A DNA stretch of 64,000 nt from Candidatus Woesearchaeota archaeon. GTDB lineage: Archaea > Nanobdellota > Nanobdellia > Woesearchaeales > DSVV01. The stretch covers positions 2,224 to 66,223 of the forward strand of contig JACRKF010000021.1 of the NCBI GenBank assembly GCA_016219865.1, read 5' to 3'. Positions 47,799 through 57,839 of the stretch are shown here, in pieces. The notes under the pieces are model-generated. The model searched no databases. It saw only the letters and a list, made by a program, of their open reading frames with translations, and was not told the origin of the DNA. Position 1 is the stretch's first letter, and each line of letters starts with the position of its first letter. The translations under genes were made by a program, and so were the position numbers.

Positions 47799-49070
47799 CT
47801 AGATTTCAATAATCTCTCCTAACTTTGGAACTATTGCTTTAACACTTTTAGGAACTGTTTTTGCTAATGCTAAACATGATTCTTTATCTCCATGATTGCA
47901 AATAACTTTCTTTGGTTTTAAAGCAGTAATTATCTGAATAAGCTCTTTTTTTCCAGCATGCGCAGAGAAATCAAATTGTTCTATTGAGCATTTCACTGCT
48001 AATCCAATGCCGTCAATAAATGCTTTTTGCTGGTCTAATAATAGTCTGCCATTGCAACCTTCCGCTTGAAACCCAGTCAATAATATTGCTGTCTTTGGAT
48101 CATTGTATAGAAATTTAATATAATCTAACACAGGACCACCTGCAACCATTCCAGATGTTGTAATAAAAATACCTTGTTCTTTTGTAATATCAATACGATG
48201 TTGATAACTTTTTACATACTGCACTATTTTCAATGCTTTGCGCAGTGCAACGCTATTATTTATTGAATCAGGATCTGAAAGAAGTGTATCAGTTACTTTT
48301 CTAGCCATACCATCTAAATATATTGGCACCATGAAATTCTGCTTAGATAAAAATATCACTAATTCTTGCGCGCGCGCAACAGAAAATGTTGGAATAATCA
48401 CTTTTCCACCTTTCTTAATTGTATCTTTTATTATTTGTAAAAATCTAGCTTCAGTTTCTGCTCTATTTTTGTGATCTCTGTCGCCATATGTTGATTCGCA
48501 AATCATAACATCAATCTTTTGTTTTAATTGCTGATGAAAATGCAAGCCATTTGTTAAACGTGTAGTTAATGTATTGATATCTCCTGTATAAAGAATTGTT
48601 TTGCCGTCAATTTCTAAAAGTATTGAACTGCTTCCAGGAATGTGACCGGCATCAAGAAATGTGCAAGAAAGATCTCCTTGCTTAAATTGTTTATTATAAT
48701 CAACAATTGTCATAAGACTCATTATTTTAGTAATATTTTCTTCAGTATATGCAGGATCTTTCACAGACAACATTTCAATATGAATAGAATCATTCAATAA
48801 TATCTTTGTTATTTTCTTTGTTGTTTTTGTGCAATAAATGCTGCAGTTTAATCCATTATGATTTAACAAAGGCAATGCGCCTGTATGATCAAGATGCGCA
48901 TGACTTAAAAATACAGCTTGAATCTGACGAGGATCAATTAGATTAATAAGCGGATATTCCTGTCCATTCTGACTAATTTTAATTCCAGCATCCAGAAGAT
49001 ACTTATCATTAACTAGAATACACGACCTGCCAACTTCTTCAGCGCTGCCTAAAAATTGAATTGTCACCAT
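47799..49070 (-). CDS. MBL-fold beta-CASP ribonuclease (aCPSF2 / RNase J-like)
   Basis: HAHLDHTGALP MBL motif. The beta-CASP region is present. About 420 aa with no KH domains. Confidence 0.8.
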   Translation of the reverse strand: MVTIQFLGSAEEVGRSCILVNDKYLLDAGIKISQNGQEYPLINLIDPRQIQAVFLSHAHLDHTGALPLLNHNGLNCSIYCTKTTKKITKILLNDSIHIEMLSVKDPAYTEENITKIMSLMTIVDYNKQFKQGDLSCTFLDAGHIPGSSSILLEIDGKTILYTGDINTLTTRLTNGLHFHQQLKQKIDVMICESTYGDRDHKNRAETEARFLQIIKDTIKKGGKVIIPTFSVARAQELVIFLSKQNFMVPIYLDGMARKVTDTLLSDPDSINNSVALRKALKIVQYVKSYQHRIDITKEQGIFITTSGMVAGGPVLDYIKFLYNDPKTAILLTGFQAEGCNGRLLLDQQKAFIDGIGLAVKCSIEQFDFSAHAGKKELIQIITALKPKKVICNHGDKESCLALAKTVPKSVKAIVPKLGEIIEI

Positions 49071-49318
49071 CTTTTTTACCTTAAAATAATTTACTTATTT
49101 TAAAATAATTCACTGCGTAAATTATTTTATCATCATGAACTACGAATTGCATACAAAGATGCCAATTGTATATTAATTGCGGGAAAGTATACGATATACG
49201 CTTTCATATAATAAGATATTATTGTAAGTACTGATTTATAATGGTTTTGAATTTTTTATAGTTATTGGGACAATAATTTTGATTTTTGATTATCAAGAAG
49301 TAATAATTTATCATTATT

Positions 49319-49348
49319 AGAGAATTTTTCTTCTCAGAAAAATTCTCT
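49319..49348. repeat. palindromic repeat, family A, variant copy (agagaatttttc-ttctca-gaaaaattctct)
   Basis: 12-bp arms sharing the GAGAATTTT/AAAATTCTC ends. It lies in the divergent promoter region between the RNase and psd. Confidence 0.55.
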
Positions 49349-49388
49349 TACCGAAAGCTTTATTAAAATAGAACATAATAATCAGAGA

Positions 49389-50084
49389 ATGCTTACTGAC
49401 ATCCTATTGATTGGTATTTCTTCATTAACAGCAATAGTGTTAGCATTCTACATCTTCTACAAATTCTATTTCCTTAGAAATCCAAAAAGAACTGTTCCAA
49501 AAGGAAATAACATTGTAAGCCCAGCTGATGGAAAGATTGTAAAGATTATAAAAGTATCTTCAAGTAAGACAGATAACAAAAATAAGACAAACAAATCTAA
49601 AACTGAACATCTTACAATAACAAAAGGAATGTTTGGCAAAATCAAAACATTAATTGAAGATGTCGATAAAGAATGTTATTTAATCCAAATAATGCTTACT
49701 CCTTTTGATGTGCATTACCAACGAGCTCCAATTGATGGGACAGTAACAATTGTTTCATACACAGAAGGAAAGTTTCAGAATGCTGTAAAAGATGCAGCTT
49801 CATTGCGTTGCTTGGAAAATGAAAAGAATGAAATGGTATTCACGCAAAAACTCACAAATAAAAACAAAAAGTTCTCAGTTAAAGTAATACAAATAGCTGG
49901 AGTATTAGCAAGAAGAATTGTTTGCTTTGTACGCGCTGGAAAAGAAGTTAAAAAAGGTGAAGAAATTGGTCTAATCACATTAGGAAGTCAAGTAAGCTTA
50001 ATTATTCCAAGCAATTGCAGTTTAAAGATAAAAGAAGGTCAATATATATATGGCGGAAAAACAATAATTGCAGATATTAAATAA
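49389..50084 (+). CDS. psd: phosphatidylserine (archaetidylserine) decarboxylase proenzyme
   Basis: PFDVHYQRAPIDG (PSD motif) and the LGSQ self-cleavage site (G-S) are present. Confidence 0.8.
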   Translation: MLTDILLIGISSLTAIVLAFYIFYKFYFLRNPKRTVPKGNNIVSPADGKIVKIIKVSSSKTDNKNKTNKSKTEHLTITKGMFGKIKTLIEDVDKECYLIQIMLTPFDVHYQRAPIDGTVTIVSYTEGKFQNAVKDAASLRCLENEKNEMVFTQKLTNKNKKFSVKVIQIAGVLARRIVCFVRAGKEVKKGEEIGLITLGSQVSLIIPSNCSLKIKEGQYIYGGKTIIADIK

Positions 50085-50133
50085 GAATTTAGAAAATAAA
50101 TAGAAATAATAGAATAAGAAAAAGTGATAAAAT

Positions 50134-50694
50134 ATGAAAAGTAGGATAGAATCAAGAAACATGCAGGACCCGCAAGAGATCAGAATCCACAAGCTCATTA
50201 AATTTGCAGATTTCTTCACATTATCAAATGCAGCTGCAGGAATGTTTGCAATAATATTTTCAATACAAAAAGAATTTGCATTTGCAGCACTTGCATTGCT
50301 CGCTGCAGTATTATTCGATTACCTTGATGGGAAAATTGCAAGATTTTCACAAAAACAAAATACATTAGGGAAAAATCTTGATTCATTAAGCGATGCAGTT
50401 TCCTTTGGCATTGCTCCGACAATATTTGGCTATATGCAAGGTTTAAACAATTTTTTCAGCATCATCATTCTGATTTTCTTCACATTATGCGGCGTATTGC
50501 GATTAGCTCGATTTAACATATTAGAACTGAAACATTTTATAGGAATTCCAATAACTGCAAGCGGTATTGTATTCCCAGTATTATATTTTCTTACAGCATA
50601 TTTCTCAATACCTTTCAGCAACGCATTTATTTACATTTATCTTTTGTTAGGGATACTCATGATATCATCATTTCGAATTCCTAAATTAAAGTAA
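50134..50694 (+). CDS. pssA: CDP-alcohol phosphatidyltransferase (archaetidylserine synthase-like)
   Basis: DYLDGKIAR...G...D...D matches the CDP-OH phosphotransferase motif. Multiple transmembrane helices. Confidence 0.75.
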   Translation: MKSRIESRNMQDPQEIRIHKLIKFADFFTLSNAAAGMFAIIFSIQKEFAFAALALLAAVLFDYLDGKIARFSQKQNTLGKNLDSLSDAVSFGIAPTIFGYMQGLNNFFSIIILIFFTLCGVLRLARFNILELKHFIGIPITASGIVFPVLYFLTAYFSIPFSNAFIYIYLLLGILMISSFRIPKLK

Positions 50695-50717
50695 AAAAAA
50701 AGAGGTAAGAATAAAAC

Positions 50718-51212
50718 ATGGAATTAACAACAACTATTTTTGAATTAGTTACAAATATCTACATCATCAATTGTTTTTTTGCTGTATTAGTTGTGCAATT
50801 AATAAAGACAATTACTGCATCAATTGAACAAGGAAAATTGCATCTTGTAAGCTTTTTTGAAACAGGAGGAATGCCTAGCTCGCATTCTGCTTTAGTAACA
50901 GCATTAACTTTCTCATTATTTTTATATCAAGGAATTACACCTTTATTTGTTGTAAGCCTGGTATTCTCTGCAATAATCATAAGAGATTCATTTGGCGTGC
51001 GAAAATCAGTTGGAGACCATTCAATGACATTAAATCAGATTATTTTGATGATAAACAAACAATGGAAAGAAAGAAAAAATACAAGACAAATGAAAACAAA
51101 ACTTGATGTAGTATCAGTAATTAAAGGTCATACATTATTGCAAGTGATAATTGGAATATCATTCGGGATAATTATTCCATTATTAATTCATTATATCTTT
51201 ATTTCATTATAA
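50718..51212 (+). CDS. DUF212-family membrane protein (divergent PAP2 / acid-phosphatase-related)
   Basis: ETGGMPSSHSA and RDSFGVR motifs. Confidence 0.7.
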   Translation: MELTTTIFELVTNIYIINCFFAVLVVQLIKTITASIEQGKLHLVSFFETGGMPSSHSALVTALTFSLFLYQGITPLFVVSLVFSAIIIRDSFGVRKSVGDHSMTLNQIILMINKQWKERKNTRQMKTKLDVVSVIKGHTLLQVIIGISFGIIIPLLIHYIFISL

Positions 51213-51245
51213 TATTATTTACTATGAATATTAGGTGAACTAATT

Positions 51246-51809
51246 ATGTCAGAAACAATAACCACAATAACTCAATTAATCGTGAAAAGTCTTTACCTAT
51301 TCATACCAGCTATTGTTGCAAATAGCATGCCAGTATTTGTAAAGAAAGTTAATTTTCTTAATTATCCTATTGATTTTGGCAAAGAATACAAAGGAAAAAG
51401 AATCTTTGGAGACCATAAAACTTTTCGTGGATTCTTTTTCGGAATACTTGGAGCAATATTAATTATATTATTGCAACAATATCTTGCAAAGTATCCTTTT
51501 TTTGCTGAACTTACTCTTGTTGATTTCTCAAAAGTAAATGCATTATTATTTGGATTTCTGATAGGACTAGGAGTATTAACAGGAGATGCAGTCAAAAGTT
51601 TCTTTAAACGAAGAGCAGATATTGCGCCAGGAAAATCATGGATTCCATTTGATCAACTTGACTTGATAATTGGCGGATTAATATTCATAAGTTCTGTATA
51701 TTTGCCGCCATTAAAAGTGATAATATTTGCATTCATTGTAGGACCATTATTGCATATAGGATTTAATTTACTAGGTTATTACCTAGGTATAAAAAAGAAT
51801 AAATTATAA
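51246..51809 (+). CDS. carS: CDP-archaeol synthase
   Basis: FGDHKTFRGF and GDAVKSFFKRR motifs of the CarS (DUF46) family. Polytopic membrane protein. Confidence 0.75.
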   Translation: MSETITTITQLIVKSLYLFIPAIVANSMPVFVKKVNFLNYPIDFGKEYKGKRIFGDHKTFRGFFFGILGAILIILLQQYLAKYPFFAELTLVDFSKVNALLFGFLIGLGVLTGDAVKSFFKRRADIAPGKSWIPFDQLDLIIGGLIFISSVYLPPLKVIIFAFIVGPLLHIGFNLLGYYLGIKKNKL

Positions 51810-51816
51810 GATTATT

Positions 51817-53073
51817 TTATACATGAAACTGCTTTGTCTGCAAATCAACAGCATCAAGGTTCTTTTCAAAATCATCTAATTCCTGACGCATAACATTTAT
51901 TTTTTTAGAGAATGCATCAAGCATGTGTTGAACATCATCTTTAGTCATGCTGTTTTGCTTCAATCGCGCAATATCATTAAGCATTATATCAATATCCTCC
52001 TCTTTATGCTTTCTATGATGCAATGAAAATATATCTTTTTCTATATCACTTAATCTCTGTTTTAATTGCTCATTTTCCTTAGCAAGATCATCAGCTGCCA
52101 TCTTCAGTTTATTAATAAAGTTTCCGGAAACAATTGTTTCTTCCATTGCTTTTACTTTTTTATGGAGTTGATTATTATATATAGCAATTTCATCAAAATC
52201 ATGACGTAGATCACTCATTTTATCATAGATCTGAAGATTATTTTTATCATTGAGTTTTTGGTATTGTTCAGTGATTAGTTTCAGAACTTCTTTTTTTGCA
52301 GTGCTTTGTTCTTTGTTATCCATTAGTTGTTTATTAAGAGCATTTAATTTATTGATAAAGATATCAACATTATTTGAGACTAAAGACAGCTGTTTTTCTG
52401 CTGTTTCTAAAGCTGCTTTTAGTTTTTCATAGTCTGCATTTTTCTTTTTTGTTTCACTTTCATCATGTTTCAATGCTTTTTGAATATGCTGCAAGTTTGC
52501 ATGTAATTCATCAAAGTCAAAACGAAGTGACTTTATTTTTTCATTTGACTGTATACTATTTCTTTTAAAATTTTCATCATATTTCTGATTAAGAAGTGAC
52601 ATTGCATCTTTTTCAGTCATAAAACTCTTTTCAACATCTTGCATATCAACAGATTCATTTAAAAGAACATCTTGTTGTTTCTTCATCTTTAAAAATTGTT
52701 GTTTCATCTCTTTAAATGATAATGAGAATTCTGTTAATTCCTTGATTTCCTTGGAATATCCTGATAATTGCTGTTGCTGCAGCTTTTCCTGTTGGTCTTG
52801 CAGTTTTACTTTTTCAAGAATTTGTTGCAATAATTTATTTTGTTTCTTCAGTTCCTCATTAAACATAGAACTAATTTTTTGTTCATATTGTAGAAGTGAC
52901 TTATCAAGATTCATAAAAATCTCAGATTTTAGTTCATCATATGAAGGAGAAACTGCATTTATTTCTTGAGCGATTATAATCTGCTTTTTAAGAAGCTCCA
53001 TATCATTTCTAACTGCTTTAAAAGAGAGAGTAAGTCTTCTCTCAATATTTTCAGGTAACATTGCTTCTTCCAT
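51817..53073 (-). CDS. hypothetical long coiled-coil protein
   Basis: 418 aa, heptad-rich throughout. Confidence 0.5.
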   Translation of the reverse strand: MEEAMLPENIERRLTLSFKAVRNDMELLKKQIIIAQEINAVSPSYDELKSEIFMNLDKSLLQYEQKISSMFNEELKKQNKLLQQILEKVKLQDQQEKLQQQQLSGYSKEIKELTEFSLSFKEMKQQFLKMKKQQDVLLNESVDMQDVEKSFMTEKDAMSLLNQKYDENFKRNSIQSNEKIKSLRFDFDELHANLQHIQKALKHDESETKKKNADYEKLKAALETAEKQLSLVSNNVDIFINKLNALNKQLMDNKEQSTAKKEVLKLITEQYQKLNDKNNLQIYDKMSDLRHDFDEIAIYNNQLHKKVKAMEETIVSGNFINKLKMAADDLAKENEQLKQRLSDIEKDIFSLHHRKHKEEDIDIMLNDIARLKQNSMTKDDVQHMLDAFSKKINVMRQELDDFEKNLDAVDLQTKQFHV

Positions 53074-53101
53074 TGCCCAACACCCATTTATTTAAATTTT
53101 T

Positions 53102-54298
53102 TTAATGTTTAGCGCTTTCTTCCAACGCAATCAATGCAGGCAATTTTTCTCCTGAGAATAATGCTAATGCTGCCCCGCCTGCTGTTGATAAAAGAGTAAT
53201 CTTATCTGCAATACCTAATTTCTCTAATGCTGCGCTGCTATCACCGCCGCCTATAATGACTGTTGCATCTAATGTTGACAGATATTGAGCTATTTTCTTT
53301 GTTCCTTGTGAAAATTGTTCAATCTCATATACTCCTAACGGTCCATTCCATAAAACAGTTTTCGCTGTTGATAGATGCGCAATAAAATTATCAGTTGTCT
53401 TCTTACCAATGTCTAAAGCCAACATTTTCTCAGGAATCTTTGTGCAATCAACTGATTGAGATTTTGCTGTTGCATCTATTTTATCTGCAATTACAACATC
53501 AATAGGCAGGATAATCTTATTTTTGTATTGTTCTAATAACTTTCGCGCTTCTTCTAATTGTGAAGCATCAACAACAGAATTGCCTACTTCATAACCAAGC
53601 ACTTTGTAGAAAGTAAATATCATTGCTCCTGCTAAAAGGACTTTGTCAACTTTTGGCAGGATATATCTTATTACTGGAATCTTTGTTTCTAACTTAATGC
53701 CGCCAATAATTGCAACAAAAGGATGTTTTGGATTGTTTAAAGCAGCAGTAATTGTACTAACTTCTTTTTCAAGATGCAATCCAGCAGATGATGATAAGAA
53801 CAATGGCAAAACTGACATTGAAGCTGAATCTCTATGAGAAACTGAAAAAGCTTCATTAACATATACATCAGCATTTGCTGCTATTCTCTGCGCAAAAGAA
53901 TATCTTATATTCTTATCATCAGATTCTTCCTCCGAGTAAAATCGTACATTCTCTAAAAGAATTATTTCTCCCTGCTTCATTGCAGAGATTTGTTTTTCAA
54001 CTATCTTTCCTATGCAATCATCTAGTTTTTTTACAGGTTTGTTCAATAAACAAGATAATTCTTTCGCAACAGCATCGCAACGTAATTTCTCAACTGCTTT
54101 TCCTTTTGGTCTTCCAAGATGTGTGAGAAGAATAATCTTTGCTTTTTTTTTCAGAAGATATTGTATTGTTGGCAATGATTCTTTAATTCTTGAATTATCA
54201 ACAACATTTCCTTTATCATCTAATGGAACATCATAGCCAACTCTGACAAGAACTCGTTTATTAGTTACATCCATCTTTTTTAGTGTGCAAAATTTCAT
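53102..54298 (-). CDS. pgk: phosphoglycerate kinase
   Basis: KRVLVRVGYDVPLD at the N-terminus, and a C-terminal GGGDS...AGG-type motif. The true start may be the internal ATG at 54274. Confidence 0.9.
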   Translation of the reverse strand: MKFCTLKKMDVTNKRVLVRVGYDVPLDDKGNVVDNSRIKESLPTIQYLLKKKAKIILLTHLGRPKGKAVEKLRCDAVAKELSCLLNKPVKKLDDCIGKIVEKQISAMKQGEIILLENVRFYSEEESDDKNIRYSFAQRIAANADVYVNEAFSVSHRDSASMSVLPLFLSSSAGLHLEKEVSTITAALNNPKHPFVAIIGGIKLETKIPVIRYILPKVDKVLLAGAMIFTFYKVLGYEVGNSVVDASQLEEARKLLEQYKNKIILPIDVVIADKIDATAKSQSVDCTKIPEKMLALDIGKKTTDNFIAHLSTAKTVLWNGPLGVYEIEQFSQGTKKIAQYLSTLDATVIIGGGDSSAALEKLGIADKITLLSTAGGAALALFSGEKLPALIALEESAKH

Positions 54299-54413
54299 TT
54301 CATCACTCTTTTCTTCGCAAAAATAAGTTGCAAAAGGATATAAGTCATAAAAAATGACTCAATAACAAAAAAAGATTTAAAAATTGTAAAAAATCTTTGA
54401 TTTTTTACAATTT

Positions 54414-54869
54414 TTATTCAATTAATAATCTTACCTTATCAGGATCATATATCCAATCACTTGCTAATCTTTCTGTAGCTTTATAATACTTTACAATACG
54501 CTTAATCTTTGATTCAGTCAATTGCAAACCTCGTTTTGCTACCATGTCCTTTTTATTTTGCTCTAAATGCTTTTTTAACATAATACTATTCTTAATTAAC
54601 GCAAGCAAATCTTCAGGTAATGCGCCTTGTAATTTCTTTTCATCTAAGAATTGCGTTATGCTTTTATTTAACAACACTCTTACACTAGGAACACCATAAG
54701 TATCTCTTAAGATAATTCCTATTTGTGAAGGAGTATTTTTTTCTTTTGCAAGCTTTACAATAAGCATCTCAACTTCTTTTGGTTTATACCTAACCCAGCT
54801 TGGAATTGTTTTTTTCTGAGGTCTTTTTGAACCTGATTTTCCATGTTTTCCTGAATACATTCTTCCCAT
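54414..54869 (-). CDS. rps15: 30S ribosomal protein S15 (S13e)
   Basis: MGRMYSGKHGKSGSKRP...IPSWV matches archaeal S15/S13e. Confidence 0.9.
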   Translation of the reverse strand: MGRMYSGKHGKSGSKRPQKKTIPSWVRYKPKEVEMLIVKLAKEKNTPSQIGIILRDTYGVPSVRVLLNKSITQFLDEKKLQGALPEDLLALIKNSIMLKKHLEQNKKDMVAKRGLQLTESKIKRIVKYYKATERLASDWIYDPDKVRLLIE

Positions 54870-55078
54870 ATTTTTTTCCTCCGTAAAAAAAATAAAAATA
54901 GGTTATATTTTTATTCTTTAAATTGAGATTTAGGAGAATAAGATTTCTTATTCTTCAAAATTGTTCATGAAGTGAACAATTTTGTTCTTTATCTCCAGTA
55001 TAAGCAAGCCTAGACAAGCTTATCTCTCGAATGAGAATAAGAATAATTGTTGGTTTATAAAGTTTTTGTGAAATAAAA

Positions 55079-55225
55079 TAGCCCCGCTCGGATTCGAACC
55101 GAGGTCTTCGGATTTCTGTATCAGATGCTATATCAAAGACATCTAATTCCAAAGTCCGAAATGATTGGCCACTACACTCCGCAAAATCTTTCTCAGTTAT
55201 CTTGAAAAGACTCTTCTACGGGGCT
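55079..55225 (-). tRNA. tRNA-Gln(UUG) candidate, about 147 nt, apparently containing two introns
   Basis: On the minus strand there is a 7-bp acceptor stem (AGCCCCG/CGGGGCU) and a perfect T-arm CUCGG-UUCGAAU-CCGAG. The anticodon stem UCGGA/UCCGA flanks CUUUGG|about 35-nt insert|A, consistent with a canonical 37/38 intron. A second insert of about 36 nt lies between U8/A9 and a D-arm-like GUAGUGGCCAAUC. No encoded CCA. Confidence 0.7.
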
Positions 55226-55299
55226 ATCCAATCATTTCCGAGCCAAGCTATTGCTAGTGAGAAAATTAGTGGTATTTAAATTTAACTACAAGAAAACGC

Positions 55300-56055
55300 T
55301 TATTCCCACATTTTCAACGCTTCTTCTTCCATAAAATGCATTTTCGCTGGTATTATCAAACAATGCAGAGCTTTGCCAAAATCAACAGAAAGCAGTTCTT
55401 TCACAGTTCCAACTTTAATAAGATTATCACTTCCAATACGAGCGCAGCCAATCGCAAGCGTTTTCTCATTGATAACTTTCTGCTTTTTTTTCTGCTCAAT
55501 CTCTAACAGATATTCTAATGCTTGATTCACAGTCATATATTTATTCTCTTCTGGTTTCAAATCAAGCAAGAACAATGTATGCATTCCATTCTTTTTGTTA
55601 ATTTTTAGTACATCATAGCAGGTTTCTGGTTTAAAATTATCCTGTGGAAATGGTATAGATGTTGTTTTGCCAAATTTATATAACTGCAACCCAACAATGC
55701 CGATTGCTGTAAGAATTGAAGTATTATGGATAACAATACATTCTATTTTTTCCTTTTTTGCGCGAAGCAAAATATCAATATGCGTTGTTGCAGACATTGG
55801 ATCTCCAACAACAAGCAATGCAACATTCTTCTTCTTTGCTTCTTCAATTATCTTGTTTTGTTCTTGTTCAACATCAATTCTTTTTGCTAAAACTATTTTT
55901 CGACCATAAAATTTCTCCAGATCTAATTGTGAACACTGCAACAAAGAAGTATAACTTTCTAAATAAACAACATCTGCTTTTTTAACTGCTTCTAAACCTT
56001 TTACAGTTATATCTTTTTCATTGCCTAATCCTAAACCGACTATTGTTAATACCAT
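55300..56055 (-). CDS. dph5: diphthine synthase
   Basis: MVLTIVGLGLG...VVYLE tetrapyrrole-methylase fold. The ORF-track start is TTG; ATG at 56055. Confidence 0.85.
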   Translation of the reverse strand: MVLTIVGLGLGNEKDITVKGLEAVKKADVVYLESYTSLLQCSQLDLEKFYGRKIVLAKRIDVEQEQNKIIEEAKKKNVALLVVGDPMSATTHIDILLRAKKEKIECIVIHNTSILTAIGIVGLQLYKFGKTTSIPFPQDNFKPETCYDVLKINKKNGMHTLFLLDLKPEENKYMTVNQALEYLLEIEQKKKQKVINEKTLAIGCARIGSDNLIKVGTVKELLSVDFGKALHCLIIPAKMHFMEEEALKMWE

Positions 56056-56260
56056 TATCAAAAGAAAAGAAAATAACTATATAAATGTGCTTGATGAAAA
56101 AAAATTTGCAGAGCAAAATTTTTTATATAAAAAGAAAAAAAGATCCCTGCAAGGGACCAAAAAGTGCCTTCATCGTTTTCTAAAGTGTTGGGGGTGAAAA
56201 GAGATGAAGGCAAGAAAATAGTTGCCTAAAGACATATTGGGGTATTATGAAGTGAAGTAT

Positions 56261-57373
56261 TTATCTCAATACTTCAATACCTAATTCGTCGTTAATCTCA
56301 TGAAATTCAGCTCTTTGTTTTGAAACATTTGCTGATATTCTGTCAGATTTTCCAACAATCCATGGTGATTTAACTCCTGTAACAATTGTCATGACAGTTA
56401 GTTTTCCTTTCATATCTTCACTAACTCTTGCTCCCCAGATACAGTTTGCATCATCATCCATTGTTTCTGTTACAAGTTCACCAACTTTGTTGATTTCTTC
56501 TAATGTTAAGTCAGGACCACCTGAAATGTGGATTAAAGCTCCTGTTGCTCCTTCATAGCTAATATCTAATAATGGATTGCTTAATGCTCCTTTAACTGCT
56601 TCATCTACTCTATTATTTGTATCAGAAGCTCCTACTCCAATAGCAGCAACACCGCCATTTGTCATAATTGCTTTTACATCAGCAAAGTCTAAGTTTACTA
56701 ATGATGGAATTGCGATTGTTTCAACAATTCCTTTAATCATTGTTGATACTAATTCATTAGCAACTGCAAATGCTTGTTGTATCGGCAAATTTCCAGCAAT
56801 TTGCACTAATCGATTATTATCAATTACAATAACAGTATCTGTTACTTCTCGTAATTGCTGCAATCCAAATTCAGCTTTATCAACTCTTGCTCTTTCTATT
56901 TTGAATGGCATTGTTACAGTACCAATTACAATAGAACCAGTATCTTTTGCAACTTGCGCAACAATTGGAGCTGAACCTGTGCCAGTTCCTCCACCCATTC
57001 CTGCGCAAACAAAAACCATATCTGAACCTTTTAGTACTTCTTTTATTTCTTGTATTGATTCTTGCGCTGATTCAGCTCCTTTTTGAGGAAATCCTCCACA
57101 GCCCAATCCTCTAGTAATATCACGTCCAATTAAGAACTTTTTATCAGCTTCTGTAATATCAAGATGCTGTTTATCTGTGTTACATGCAATAATTTCTGCG
57201 CCCTTTACTCCTTTTCTATACAGCCAATTGACCATATTATTTCCTGCGCCGCCGCAGCCAATTACCTTAATATTTGCCTGACCAACAACAATGTCAGAAT
57301 AGTCGTTAGAACCCATTGTATTTTTTGATGCAAAATCCATACTATACCCCTCCCCTTTTTTGTCTTTACCCAT
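56261..57373 (-). CDS. ftsZ: cell division GTPase FtsZ
   Basis: [12 protein letters not shown] and GGGTGTG tubulin signature motifs. Confidence 0.9.
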   Translation of the reverse strand: MGKDKKGEGYSMDFASKNTMGSNDYSDIVVGQANIKVIGCGGAGNNMVNWLYRKGVKGAEIIACNTDKQHLDITEADKKFLIGRDITRGLGCGGFPQKGAESAQESIQEIKEVLKGSDMVFVCAGMGGGTGTGSAPIVAQVAKDTGSIVIGTVTMPFKIERARVDKAEFGLQQLREVTDTVIVIDNNRLVQIAGNLPIQQAFAVANELVSTMIKGIVETIAIPSLVNLDFADVKAIMTNGGVAAIGVGASDTNNRVDEAVKGALSNPLLDISYEGATGALIHISGGPDLTLEEINKVGELVTETMDDDANCIWGARVSEDMKGKLTVMTIVTGVKSPWIVGKSDRISANVSKQRAEFHEINDELGIEVLR

Positions 57374-57740
57374 TTTTAGTACTTATTTAAGTACTTGATT
57401 AATAAATAGATACTAAAAACTATATATTGCTTAATATAGTTAACACTACAAAAATGTTTATATAGTAGTATATTCATTAATCTTCTTAGAATTCAGATTC
57501 GACACATACGCCAATATGTTTTCGAATACGCCAATTATTAAATGATACAAACGCCAATTGAATTGAGTTTCGCCAAAAACTTAATTTCAATTAATTTTTA
57601 TTTCATTTCTAATGAGTTAACTTATATTTAAAGATTTCTATTGTAAAAACTATATATTAATTTTAAATATCCGATTTCTCGACGAGAAAAAGAAGAAAAA
57701 TTTGAAAGAAAAAGGTAATGAAAAAGAAAAGAATTTGATT

Positions 57741-57766
57741 GGAGAATTTTGCTTTGCAAAATTCTC
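57741..57766. repeat. palindromic repeat, family A, copy (ggagaattttgc-ttt-gcaaaattctc)
   Basis: It lies in the divergent region between ftsZ and an MNT gene. Confidence 0.65.
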
Positions 57767-57839
57767 TTATTTATCTTTTGGTATTCTTGCATTTATGCTT
57801 TGAGCAAGTTCTGGAAGATTTGTTAATGTGTAACATATC

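Noticed and set aside
54955-55152. 65-aa minus-strand ORF
   Set aside because: It overlaps the 3' half of the intron-containing tRNA-Gln gene. The tRNA explanation (T-arm, acceptor stem) is far stronger.
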